Shown here in pieces: positions 23,371 to 32,620 of a stretch of 38,091 nt of DNA. The notes beneath the pieces were generated by a model. That model was not told where the DNA came from and ran no database searches. It was given only the letters and a program-made list of their open reading frames with translations. Source of the stretch: a virus; the IMG/VR virus record IMGVR_UViG_3300035099_000586; one strand, 5' to 3'. Every line of letters begins with the position of its first letter. Position 1 is the stretch's first letter. The translations under genes were made by a program, and so were the position numbers.

Positions 23371-23645
23371 GTCAGTTCGACTTCGACTGGTTTTTGTGTG
23401 CTGTAAAATTGGGAATTGGACGGATGTTCTGAGGTGTTGTTGCAGACCATTAGAATGGTTAGTTCGCGTTTGTCATCTTTGCCGTAAGTGTTACTTGCTG
23501 GATCAGGCGTGTACGGTTGCATCTCAGCTCCGCATAGGGGGCATTTTCGCCAGCAATCACAGACTATGATATCAGTTCTGTATTGACTATGGTAGATTCG
23601 ACCGCATCGTGAGCATTTGCCTTGAAAGCTTGTTTGTTTGAGCAC
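23367..23645 (-). CDS. Zinc-ribbon protein
   Basis: CSRC, CDC, CPLC and a later C...H. Confidence 0.65.
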   Translation of the reverse strand: MLKQTSFQGKCSRCGRIYHSQYRTDIIVCDCWRKCPLCGAEMQPYTPDPASNTYGKDDKRELTILMVCNNTSEHPSNSQFYSTQKPVEVELT

Positions 23646-23666
23646 TTCTCAAAACCATGCTCAGGC

Positions 23667-24620
23667 TTACAGACTTGTGCTTATGTTAGTCATTTTGGCA
23701 ACTGCTTTGCTTCGTAAGACTCCCATGCCGAACCTTGTGGTCGCTCTGACTCCAAACTTGCCAGTTTTCGGGTCTTCCCAGTCTTCGACAGTAACGTCTC
23801 TGCGCAGAAGCATGACTGCTGCCACTCGAGTATCAATCGCATAAGCCGTTCCGTTAGGCACAAGCGTGCTTGCTTGAACTCTCATGCCTAAAACGCTTGT
23901 AACGATTCCGCGTTCAATGTCGGTTTGTCCAGAAGGCAAGTATTGGGCGTGAATGAACTTGTCGTCGTTTAGCAGTTGATGCAGTTGCGTCTCATGCACC
24001 ACAAGCACTGAGGGGCGCCAGTTTTCACCACGCACGGCATTGTGAAGCTTGAGGAGACCAGCCCAGCTTAAGGCTGCTCCACCGCCTGCAATTGGTGCGC
24101 CACCAGCTAGGTCTGCGTCTGCGATGGCTCCGTAAAGCGCTAGTATCTTGTTTGTTTCGGTTTCGCCCAAGATTCTGCCGACTTTTTCAACCATGTTGTC
24201 CATGACGTTCCATGTTGCGTCTTCTGCGAATTCGCGTGTCCATTCTTCTGAAGCGTCTGCGAAGGTGTTGGTTTGAATGTCGATGGTGCTTATTTTCTTG
24301 CCAGATAATCTCGCTATTGAGCCTTCTGCGTAGAGGTAGGCTACAGCTTTTTCGTCGAGTGGGAATCGTTCTAGGGCTTCGGTTGTTGGTTTGACGTTGA
24401 TGATGTTTCTGCCTATCATTTCGGGATAAGCAGCTTCTATGAGCGTGTCATGCATCTTGCCTAGTGCGCCAGCCATGTCGCTGAACAAGCCTTCTTTTAT
24501 TCCAACTTCAGCATAGCGTTTGAAGAACGGGTGTGTTGTTGCTCTGCCTTTTACGTTCTCGTAGAATTCCTTGACTTCGCCGTCTTTTTGCGTGAGGCTT
24601 TCAAATAGTTTAGGCTTCAT
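23667..24620 (-). CDS. Major capsid protein (HK97 fold), 317 aa
   Basis: ATG at 24620 with GGAGAAGTGA RBS; AYLYAEG, EEWTREFAEDATWN, ILGETET, SVLGMRV...VRATTRFG. Confidence 0.9.
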   Translation of the reverse strand: MKPKLFESLTQKDGEVKEFYENVKGRATTHPFFKRYAEVGIKEGLFSDMAGALGKMHDTLIEAAYPEMIGRNIINVKPTTEALERFPLDEKAVAYLYAEGSIARLSGKKISTIDIQTNTFADASEEWTREFAEDATWNVMDNMVEKVGRILGETETNKILALYGAIADADLAGGAPIAGGGAALSWAGLLKLHNAVRGENWRPSVLVVHETQLHQLLNDDKFIHAQYLPSGQTDIERGIVTSVLGMRVQASTLVPNGTAYAIDTRVAAVMLLRRDVTVEDWEDPKTGKFGVRATTRFGMGVLRSKAVAKMTNISTSL

Positions 24621-24625
24621 GTTTG

Positions 24626-25045
24626 TCACTTCTCCACGATGATGAAGAGCAGGTCGTCTGCTGCTGTTGTGGTTTCGAGAGCCCACCCGAGTTTTCTGGT
24701 CCAAGAAATCGTTGAGGATCCGCCTTCGTTTATGTCAGCTAATGCTACGACTCTTTTGCTTGCATCTGCTCCGTAGACTGCTTTGCCACGGGTTATTGCG
24801 CCACCAGCTTTCACTTTGATTCTTCCACGAATCAGAACGGGACACATGGCTCCAGAAGCAACTGATTGCACTGCGATGCCTATGCAGTCTTGAGCAGATG
24901 TTGCGGGACTGACCTTGTCGTCTGCGCTTAGATAGACTGGGTCGCCTTTGGTTATTGCTGCTGCAGCTTCGAAACGTTCTATGACAGCGTATGGGTCGTC
25001 TGTTTCGCCTATTGCCATCCACGTTTTGCCTGAAACGTCAGCCAA
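24626..25045 (-). CDS. Capsid cement/decoration protein (DUF2190-like)
   Basis: AAITKGDPVYL...IGIA...SGAMCPVLIRG...AGGAITRGKAV; immediately upstream of the capsid gene. Confidence 0.8.
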   Translation of the reverse strand: MADVSGKTWMAIGETDDPYAVIERFEAAAAITKGDPVYLSADDKVSPATSAQDCIGIAVQSVASGAMCPVLIRGRIKVKAGGAITRGKAVYGADASKRVVALADINEGGSSTISWTRKLGWALETTTAADDLLFIIVEK

Positions 25046-25082
25046 AACACATCACTCTCCTTTTGGTTCGGTTTCAGCAAGT

Positions 25083-26384
25083 TCAGCCTTGCCTACTCCC
25101 GTTTGTCACCTCATATGACCTTGATTCAAGATTGCGGATGACCCCGCGCAGTTCTTGACAGAGCCTCTGAGGACCTAGGCTCCAGCTTCGCTCAACCATG
25201 GGGCTTGGCAAAACAGCCTCGATTAGGGCTTTGGCTTCTTTTACAGAAATCATAGGCTCTTTTGTTTCGGGTTTCTTCAGAAGCTTCTCAGCAATAGTCT
25301 GCTGATCTTCCTGCTGTTTCTTCTCTTCAATCTGTTCCTTCGGGTTCTCGTCTTTAGGTGGCTGTTCTGGAGTGTTTTCAACTTTTTCGCTCATTTTTGG
25401 CTCACTCTCTTTAACTGGCTCTGTCTTTTCGGAGACAACTGCGGGCTTGATGTAGTCGGGGTGAAGGCTCAACCAGTCGCGGATGCTGTTCTGATCCCAC
25501 AGCTTGGCTTTTGAAAATAGGATTGCTTGGCACAGCTCTCTGGAAGGATCTTCTCGAACCTTAGACATGACCGCCAAGACGCCGTTCTGCTGATCCAGCC
25601 AAACTGTTCGAAAATGCTCTGGCATGAACGCAGCCTGATCTTGGTAAAAGCCCAGAACATATTCGCCTGCAATGATGGGCTCTGCCATCTGTTCCTTGGG
25701 TTTTAGGCTTTCTAAGACTTGCACGTTTGTTTCTGGGATACCTGGAACCGCGACAAGGCTCAGTTCGGCATTGTGTAGTCCGTGTGGAATTTTGCCGTCT
25801 ACGATGTCTAGTGTTTCGTAGTCTGCTCCCACGCTAACGTGTTGGATTAGTCCTTTGCGGATTTTGTCGGCGATTTCGCTTTCGTAGATTTCGGCTTCGT
25901 ACCAGAGGTTTTCTCCGTCCCAGCTTGTTTGAGTTACTTTTCCAACAGCGTTCGGAACGGCAACATGTTCCACATAGACGGGAGCAGAAACAAGCTTGTT
26001 GGCGAAAGTCTGCAGCTCTTCGGGAGTGTAGATGTTGAAGTTTCTGCTTATGCCCGAAGTCATGGCTATGCCTTTGATGCGTAGAGGCTTGTCAACGACT
26101 TTCTCTAAGACTTGGAAAGGAAGGATGCAGGAAACGTGTTCTTTGGTTCCTGTTTCTTCGCGGTGTTTTTCAAACCAAGCCTTAGCCTTGTCAAGCGTCC
26201 AGTCTTTCTCTTTGCTGAAAAGGTAGCTTTGCACTTCCATCGTGTCTTTGCCTTTGGGCTTGCCGACTACTGCTTTGATGCCTTCCTCTTCACTTACGGT
26301 TATAGTGCGGAGACTATCGGGTTTAAAATCGTCTGGGTTACGATGACCACTACGAATGTATTGGTCGGTTTCTTCCCAAGGCAA
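25083..26384 (-). CDS. Prohead maturation protease with a duplicated accessory domain and scaffold-like tail
   Basis: IKGIA...YTPEEL...VYVEH...VGKV...HVSVG...ELSLVAVPG (His/Ser catalytic motifs); acidic low-complexity C-terminus. Confidence 0.85.
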   Translation of the reverse strand: MPWEETDQYIRSGHRNPDDFKPDSLRTITVSEEEGIKAVVGKPKGKDTMEVQSYLFSKEKDWTLDKAKAWFEKHREETGTKEHVSCILPFQVLEKVVDKPLRIKGIAMTSGISRNFNIYTPEELQTFANKLVSAPVYVEHVAVPNAVGKVTQTSWDGENLWYEAEIYESEIADKIRKGLIQHVSVGADYETLDIVDGKIPHGLHNAELSLVAVPGIPETNVQVLESLKPKEQMAEPIIAGEYVLGFYQDQAAFMPEHFRTVWLDQQNGVLAVMSKVREDPSRELCQAILFSKAKLWDQNSIRDWLSLHPDYIKPAVVSEKTEPVKESEPKMSEKVENTPEQPPKDENPKEQIEEKKQQEDQQTIAEKLLKKPETKEPMISVKEAKALIEAVLPSPMVERSWSLGPQRLCQELRGVIRNLESRSYEVTNGSRQG

Positions 26385-26464
26385 GCCTTGTTGAGCTCCG
26401 TTGAGTCTTCAAGCCAGATTTTTGGATGCTTGGGATAAAAATATGCGAGAAACTAGCTAGTTGA

Positions 26465-26507
26465 GTAGTCAGTTATATGGTTATATACTTCTTAGGTAGT
26501 CAGTTAT
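26465..26507. promoter_or_regulatory. Late-operon promoter bracketed by 12-bp direct repeats
   Basis: GTAGTCAGTTAT at 26465-26476 and 26496-26507 with a TATA-like GTATATAA (minus strand) between them. Confidence 0.6.
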
Positions 26508-26521
26508 TTTTGGAGAAAGTG

Positions 26522-26641
26522 TTGCCTAGCCTTTCTGTTTACATTAGGCAAGCAAACTATGAGAAAATACGAAAAGTGGCAGAAAAGAACGGCGCCACAA
26601 TAGGACAAATCATAAACAAGCTAATAGAAGAGAGGCTTTAA
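26522..26641 (+). CDS. Ribbon-helix-helix (CopG/Arc-like) regulator, 39 aa; absent from the ORF track
   Basis: GGAG RBS then TTG; (M)PSLSVYIRQANYEKIRKVAEKNGATIGQIINKLIEERL*. Confidence 0.75.
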   Translation: MPSLSVYIRQANYEKIRKVAEKNGATIGQIINKLIEERL

Positions 26642-26791
26642 CGAAATTCTCTTTCACTCTGTTTGAACCTGGCTTAAGCTTTTTTCCGTCATATTGAAAG
26701 AAAAAGAGTAACTGCTGCGGTTACTAAGTCTTCGCTGGTCCAAAGATTTATCTATAAATAGGGTTACATTCTAGGGTCAGAGGAATAATCA

Positions 26792-27868
26792 GTGAGTTTG
26801 ACGGCCATTTCTCTCTTCACAGGTGCTATGGGGCTTGACCTTGGCTTCGAAAAGAAAGGCTTCGAAATACGCGCTGCTGTGGATAATCATCCAGCTGTTT
26901 TTGATACTATTCGCGCAAATCGTCCACTCATACCAATAATCAACGAAGACATAAGACACGTCTCAGCTCATGCTATTCTCAAAAAAGCCGGTCTGCGGAA
27001 AACAGAGCCAACTGTTGTTATTGGTGGACCGCCTTGTCAACCTTTCTCGACGGCAGGAAGACGGCTTTCATTATGTGACGAGAGAGGCGCACTTGTCTTC
27101 GAATTCATTAGAATAGTAAGGCAGATTAAGCCCATGTTCTTTGTCTTTGAGAATGTGCCAGGCCTACGATCAGCAACACTCAAGCATATTTCTTTTTATG
27201 AAAGGGCAGAGAAAAAACCACATGAAATACAGGAAGAATCTAGGCTAGGAAAGGCTTTCGCTCTTCTCCTCAAAAAGTTTAGGAGAACTGGATACAGACT
27301 AACGGTTGAAGTTTTGAATGCTGCCGACTATGGTGCTCCACAAAAACGTAGACGATTATTTATTATGGGGTCTCGCGATGGGCAACTATTGGACATAAGA
27401 GAACGGAAGCGTGGTTGCACTACCCTCAGAGACGCTCTCAAAGGACTAGATGATACTGACCCCGAGTTTTTACCTTTCCCCCCTTGGGGAGCATATCTTA
27501 AGTATGTCCCTCCAGGCGGTGATTGGCGGGATCTACCGCCTAAAATACAGAAGGAAGCGATGGGAAGAGCTTTCTTTTCTCAAGGTGGACGTACAGGATT
27601 TTTTAGAAGGCTTCATTGGGATAGACCGGTGCCAACTTTAGTAAGTTCTCCGATTAGGAAAGCTACGTGCCTTGCGCACCCAGATGAAATTCGACCGTTA
27701 AGCATCAAGGAATATGCTGCCATTCAGGGTTTTCCCAAATCTTGGAAATTCAGCGGGTCGACCAAGGAAAAATACCAAATGATAGGCAATGCTGTGCCTT
27801 TGCATCTCTCCACGGTTGTAAGTAAAATCATCAGGTCTGCCGCGATTGATGGGGAAGTTAGCCGATGA
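26792..27868 (+). CDS. C5-cytosine DNA methyltransferase
   Basis: Motif I SLFTGAMG, IV GGPPCQPFS, VI FENVPGL, VIII QKRRRLF, IX/X RPLSIKE...QMIGNAVP. Confidence 0.95.
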   Translation: MSLTAISLFTGAMGLDLGFEKKGFEIRAAVDNHPAVFDTIRANRPLIPIINEDIRHVSAHAILKKAGLRKTEPTVVIGGPPCQPFSTAGRRLSLCDERGALVFEFIRIVRQIKPMFFVFENVPGLRSATLKHISFYERAEKKPHEIQEESRLGKAFALLLKKFRRTGYRLTVEVLNAADYGAPQKRRRLFIMGSRDGQLLDIRERKRGCTTLRDALKGLDDTDPEFLPFPPWGAYLKYVPPGGDWRDLPPKIQKEAMGRAFFSQGGRTGFFRRLHWDRPVPTLVSSPIRKATCLAHPDEIRPLSIKEYAAIQGFPKSWKFSGSTKEKYQMIGNAVPLHLSTVVSKIIRSAAIDGEVSR

Positions 27869-28560
27869 TTAAATATGATGACCAAAAAATACTAGATGCT
27901 GTGGCAGCTACAAGAAAAGGAGATTTCCAACGCCTTTTATTGGAGTGGGCTAAGAAGCACCTCAGGGATTTTCCATGGAGAAAGGATCCAACACCTTTCG
28001 GAACCTTGGTTGCCGAAGTCTTATTGAGAAGAACCACCGCTTCTGCAGTGCTTCGGATTTATCAGTCCTTCATGAAAGAGTACAGTCATCCTCAGAAAAT
28101 CGCAGCGGCTGAAGAAACGAAGTTAGAATCAACACTTTCGACAATCGGATATCATAAACAGAGAACAAGAATACTCAAGGCTATCGCAAAATACTTGGTT
28201 GAAAGATTTGAAGGCACTGTTCCTTGTTCAAAGGAATTATTGTTGGAAATTCCCCACGTCGGCTCCTATACCGCGGGGGCGGTCTTGTCACTTGGATGTG
28301 GTGAACCTTCCGCTATGGTAGACACGAACGTGGAAAGAATCTATGGCAGAGTTTTCTTGTTACATTTACCAAAGAGACGACGAAAGCATCTCATTGAGCG
28401 TATCGCCTCTATGTATGTGCCACTTGACAAGCACCAGACATACAACTTTGCTTTATTGGACTTGTCGGCTCTTATTTGCACTTATGGAATTCCTAGATGT
28501 GTAAAATGCCCATTGAAAGGATTATGCGACTATTTCTCTCAAGGTCTACCACGCAGATAA
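27865..28560 (+). CDS. mig: MIG-type T/U:G mismatch DNA glycosylase (HhH-GPD, 4Fe-4S)
   Basis: EVLLRRTTA (MIG-type Arg pair, versus MutY LQQT), HhH IPHVGSYTA with Tyr, VDTNVER, CTYGIPRCVKCPLKGLC. Confidence 0.8.
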   Translation: MIKYDDQKILDAVAATRKGDFQRLLLEWAKKHLRDFPWRKDPTPFGTLVAEVLLRRTTASAVLRIYQSFMKEYSHPQKIAAAEETKLESTLSTIGYHKQRTRILKAIAKYLVERFEGTVPCSKELLLEIPHVGSYTAGAVLSLGCGEPSAMVDTNVERIYGRVFLLHLPKRRRKHLIERIASMYVPLDKHQTYNFALLDLSALICTYGIPRCVKCPLKGLCDYFSQGLPRR

Positions 28561-28622
28561 AGCATTAATCTAAGCAAGAATTGAGCTCGCGAGTTATCGA
28601 TAATAGAAAGAATAATTGAATT

Positions 28623-30299
28623 CTAATCAAGCCTACTTATCGCTTCTCGAGGAATTCTGACTTCTCCTCTCATTGAGAGGATAAACAGCAGTGCAGAGGT
28701 CATTTCGTCCAATAAAACTTGCTTCTGGCGTGACCTTAAGTGCAACCACCTTCTTTCAAGCGCGTATCCTCCGTTTTTCCATTCAGGAGAGAACAAATCC
28801 CAAGCGGTATATCCTAATGTTGAAAGACTTCGAGAGACATTCAGAATCTTGCTCCTTTCTCTGCTTGAAAAAGGAATCAATACGACTTTTTCTTCGACGT
28901 GCACGGTCAATTTTGCGGCTGCTTCCTTCTCTTTTTCTGAAAACTCGTGCATTTTCCTAAACATGTCGAGTGGTACTTTTGACCGGTAAAGCTCTAACAA
29001 ATGAGGATTGATGCGAAAAAAGCGCCGAATTTGTTTTGACCACACTTTCCAAGTCCAATGGCTTGCATTATGTTTTAATGCGTCAGGTAAAGACAATTCA
29101 TAAGGAAATCCGTTCTCCTCCATTGCCAGAAAAATCTCTGTGGGCCAAGATTCTTCTTTATAGTACACCCAATCCTTAGTCTTTATGACGCATCCGGTAT
29201 TCCTGCAAGCCTTATCAACTTGATTCTCGTCCAAAATTCCTTGGATGTAGCCAAGTGACAGTTTTCTATGCGAATTCATGTATGATAAAGCTTCCCACGT
29301 AGCTGGTTCAAAATCGTCTCCAAGCAAACCGAGAAAGGCAATTTCAGGGTAATCTCGTCCCAGCATCCAGACGCCAACTATCAGAATACTTCCCTTGAAA
29401 TCGTTCAGATCCATAGGGTCTTTCAGCTTAGTATCGGTTCGCTGCTTTGGATTATTCAAACTCTCTCTGAATATCTCTGTATTCAAGCGGGCTTTCAAAC
29501 ACCCACTATAATCACTCAGTGTCAAGGCGACCTGGTCAGGTGTCACGCCAAAGCCTGTTGTAGAAGGAATGCAATCCACAGAAGTAGCTCTACATATCAG
29601 AGCGAAGAAAAAACCAAGCCTTAGACCTTCTTCTGTAAAGAAAGGCGTAAAATAGCGAAGGGCTAATCCATTTCCGATAGTTTCTATGTCTTTACATGTC
29701 CTCATAAACGGCTTAAATTGATTCAGATTGATTGGATCATTGTTATGTTTTTTAACTGAACTAACTCTTCGTCCTCTTACGGCGTGGGCACGATTAAAGA
29801 AACTATATAGGTGGACGTTTTCAAGCCTCACTTTATCCAGTCGAGGAATAATTGGATCTGTAGGGATTTCCGCCTCAGTAGTACTAATTGCAATGACATT
29901 GGACCATTGAGGCAACGCAAGGACTAGATCATAGGTAGATTCTCCAAATTCCTTAGACCATCGATCACTCGCCATCATCTGCAAGACTATCGCTTCAACA
30001 GGGTCGTCCATAATAACTCTCGTATTTGCATCTCGCATTTGCGCTAGGATAGCGGTGTTGCCTTTCTCAGAGAGCGCTACAAGAATCCTTAAGGCATGAG
30101 CAACAAGTGAGTCACCCTTTCCAGCCTCAGATTTAAGTCTTCGACGCGATTCTTCTGGGTTTTCGATTAAGTCGTCTATTATGGCGGGCATGCGCTCGCG
30201 AAATTTTTCGTTTCTACATATCGCATCATAGATTTTCATATGCATATAAGGATAAATCGTCAACAGAAATCTGCTTATGGAGGAATCTTTAGAAGGCAT
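28623..30299 (-). CDS. Unknown 558-aa protein, last gene of the drmABC-like operon
   Basis: Overlaps the PLD gene stop; no recognisable catalytic motif; possible OB-like central segment. Confidence 0.75.
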   Translation of the reverse strand: MPSKDSSISRFLLTIYPYMHMKIYDAICRNEKFRERMPAIIDDLIENPEESRRRLKSEAGKGDSLVAHALRILVALSEKGNTAILAQMRDANTRVIMDDPVEAIVLQMMASDRWSKEFGESTYDLVLALPQWSNVIAISTTEAEIPTDPIIPRLDKVRLENVHLYSFFNRAHAVRGRRVSSVKKHNNDPINLNQFKPFMRTCKDIETIGNGLALRYFTPFFTEEGLRLGFFFALICRATSVDCIPSTTGFGVTPDQVALTLSDYSGCLKARLNTEIFRESLNNPKQRTDTKLKDPMDLNDFKGSILIVGVWMLGRDYPEIAFLGLLGDDFEPATWEALSYMNSHRKLSLGYIQGILDENQVDKACRNTGCVIKTKDWVYYKEESWPTEIFLAMEENGFPYELSLPDALKHNASHWTWKVWSKQIRRFFRINPHLLELYRSKVPLDMFRKMHEFSEKEKEAAAKLTVHVEEKVVLIPFSSRERSKILNVSRSLSTLGYTAWDLFSPEWKNGGYALERRWLHLRSRQKQVLLDEMTSALLFILSMRGEVRIPREAISRLD

Positions 30300-31108
30300 T
30301 TGATTCCCTCCATCTTTAGGATCTGATCGAGTAAACTCCGCATTGTTGAGACCAGCCCAGGGTCATCAGTGTATATTCCAATTTCAAGGTTATCTGCTGT
30401 ACTATCTGGTTTCACATTAGCCGAAGTAACAAGAAGAGATCTATCAGAACACCACACTTTAGCATGGGCCAATGTGGTATCCTCGCTTATGAACAAGACT
30501 TTCCCTGACTTGAATCGACTCCTAATGAGAGCCTCTAGCTTTTGAATTTTGAAATTAACTCCACCAGAATATGTTTTGGCTAGGGAGGGTTCACTTGTCA
30601 CAACAATTAACTCAGCGTTCTTAGCATAGATGTCTTTCAAGGCAACTTGCATTATTCCAACGTCAAGATACGGCGTTACAATAATTAGCTTAGTTTCTGC
30701 ATCCTCTGCAACAAGCTTTTGACCCGCTAATGTATGCTCAGTAATATCACCAAAACTCTCTCGGATCTTTTCTACCCACATAGGCGGCACGGTTATACAG
30801 ACTTTAAGTTCAGTTCCTCTATCAATTTTTGGCACGCCAGTGATGGATGTCATGACTTGTGAGTCAACCACAGTCACATATCGTTCAAAAGCAAGACCTG
30901 CGTTGGTGGTGTGCAATTTATGTTCTTCATCTTCACGTATAAAGCCAAATTCCTTTGCTAGCCTTGCGATTGATTCTACTTCAGTCCTTTTGAGATCGGC
31001 ATTGGACGCCAAGGTAGCTTTTAAGTCTTCAAGCGTGGTTTTTCCATTATTAACAGTATGTATGATATCCGCCATGATTCTAAACTTTCTAGAAAGATCG
31101 GCGACCAT
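30275..31108 (-). CDS. drmC: wHTH + single-HKD phospholipase D-family nuclease (DrmC-like)
   Basis: HAKVWCSD (HxKx4D), TSAN, NLEIG; follows the DUF1998 gene. Confidence 0.72.
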   Translation of the reverse strand: MVADLSRKFRIMADIIHTVNNGKTTLEDLKATLASNADLKRTEVESIARLAKEFGFIREDEEHKLHTTNAGLAFERYVTVVDSQVMTSITGVPKIDRGTELKVCITVPPMWVEKIRESFGDITEHTLAGQKLVAEDAETKLIIVTPYLDVGIMQVALKDIYAKNAELIVVTSEPSLAKTYSGGVNFKIQKLEALIRSRFKSGKVLFISEDTTLAHAKVWCSDRSLLVTSANVKPDSTADNLEIGIYTDDPGLVSTMRSLLDQILKMEGIKCLLKIPP

Positions 31109-31120
31109 GACTTCTCTCCT

Positions 31121-32620
31121 TTAGTCAGGCCAGAATACCCCAAGTGCCAAGAGTAATTTTCTGTTGAGTTTTCTGTTAACATTCCCGCAGTTCTTTATGA
31201 AGAGACATTGTTTACAGGCGTTCGAACACTCGCGCGTTCGGCATTCAAGCCTTTGTCGAATGTTCTTAAACATCCTGATGAGACTGTCTTTGTCATTCAT
31301 AAGTGCTGCAAATCCACCATTTCCGCCTTCGTCAGTGTCATAGACGTAGACCCTCCCTCCTTCTTCTGGTTTGAGTACGTCGTATGATCCATGAAATTTC
31401 TCAGGTTCGAACCCTGTGTACATTGGAGCTAGAACCAACAGCGCATGTTTGAGCGAATGCACGGCAACTTCTTTCAGATATTCAGCACTTTGAGTTTCAT
31501 GGCTTTCTTCTTTGAGTTTCTCTATTAAATCATGGAATTCAGGCTTCAACACTAATAAGAAGCCTTGTGTGTCAGTTAGGCGCCCAAGCACATTATTCTC
31601 TTGTCCATCAAGATAGTAACTCGACACTCCGTTGAACTTATTTCCTATTCGAAAACCATAGGTAATCTCAAGAACCCTCAGCCGTGAAAATCTTGACTTT
31701 TCCAAATCCACAACTTTGGGGTTGAACAGCACAGGTTTTATATTTGCTAGTACTTCATTCACCTCATCTATTTCTGGGTCGTTTGTCAGATTATAACTTT
31801 CGACAGCAGATACTTGCAAAGGTACGCTCATTGATTCCCTAGGAAAGTCCATTTTGAACCAATGACTTCCCGTTCTAAAGAGTCGTTCAAGCTTGATCGG
31901 AGCCACTTTGAGTCCTTTGGGGCAATGAGGGTTGTGCCTTCGCAGAGAGTCAACAGGCCTTTGGGGATCCTCCATTTTGAGAGACCCTAGTTTACGAATG
32001 AAGTCGTGAACGCATTTGCCATCAGCGCTTTGTGGATGGGTACACCTATCTCCGGTTTTGCTGTAATAACAGAATATTTGAGCCGTACCCATATTGCGGA
32101 TAATTCCCGTTCCCGGGTCGCCTAGTAGTGCATGAGACATGACTCTAGGAAGTCTTTGAGGTATCCAAACTGGGGCCTGCTGAACTTGGGCTTTCTGGCA
32201 TCTTCTACAAATAGGCAGTCTATCCTTCGGCGGGTATCTAAAATATGATAACTTGTCTAAGGTGCCACAGTTGGGGTCTGAGCAGTAAACCATATCGAGG
32301 GAATCATCGAATCGCAAATCAATCTTTTTGGGAACCGTGACTGTTACTTTTTCCAAATTCGGAACCGTTCTTCCGCTTTCTTCTTGTATTTGCTTTTGAA
32401 GTTTCTGAATGGCTTTGGATAATAATTCTTTTCCAGAAGAGTCAGAGAGTTTCTGCATTACGGATATTGTCAAAGTCATGTCTGGAGAGACTCCACGTAA
32501 GGAAGTCTGCTCAGGTCCTATAACTCGAAAAACAATTCCTTGATATGATGCGAAGGCACCAGGATAGAGGCTTCTTAATGCGTAGGAGAGAGATTTTGTT
32601 GTAACTGTCATCGAGCCCAT
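31121..32620 (-). CDS. drmB: DUF1998/MZB-domain protein (DrmB-like)
   Basis: HSLKHALL, YDTDEGGNG, C-terminal C..EC..AC..CL...C; also N-terminal CSDPNC and CRRC. Confidence 0.8.
   Translation of the reverse strand: MGSMTVTTKSLSYALRSLYPGAFASYQGIVFRVIGPEQTSLRGVSPDMTLTISVMQKLSDSSGKELLSKAIQKLQKQIQEESGRTVPNLEKVTVTVPKKIDLRFDDSLDMVYCSDPNCGTLDKLSYFRYPPKDRLPICRRCQKAQVQQAPVWIPQRLPRVMSHALLGDPGTGIIRNMGTAQIFCYYSKTGDRCTHPQSADGKCVHDFIRKLGSLKMEDPQRPVDSLRRHNPHCPKGLKVAPIKLERLFRTGSHWFKMDFPRESMSVPLQVSAVESYNLTNDPEIDEVNEVLANIKPVLFNPKVVDLEKSRFSRLRVLEITYGFRIGNKFNGVSSYYLDGQENNVLGRLTDTQGFLLVLKPEFHDLIEKLKEESHETQSAEYLKEVAVHSLKHALLVLAPMYTGFEPEKFHGSYDVLKPEEGGRVYVYDTDEGGNGGFAALMNDKDSLIRMFKNIRQRLECRTRECSNACKQCLFIKNCGNVNRKLNRKLLLALGVFWPD

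Noticed and set aside
24620-24704. Track start of the capsid gene at 24704, and of the nuclease gene at 36354
   Set aside because: Both overlap upstream genes; RBS-supported ATGs lie at 24620 and 36312.
26792-27868. Assigning a target motif (CCWGG as in DISARM II, or GGWCC)
   Set aside because: Both motif types occur in the provirus with no visible depletion, and the target-recognition domain cannot be assigned without a REBASE alignment.
27865-28560. MutY or endonuclease III
   Set aside because: Lacks the MutY LQQT motif and C-terminal domain and the Nth catalytic Lys; has MIG-type RRT and Tyr.
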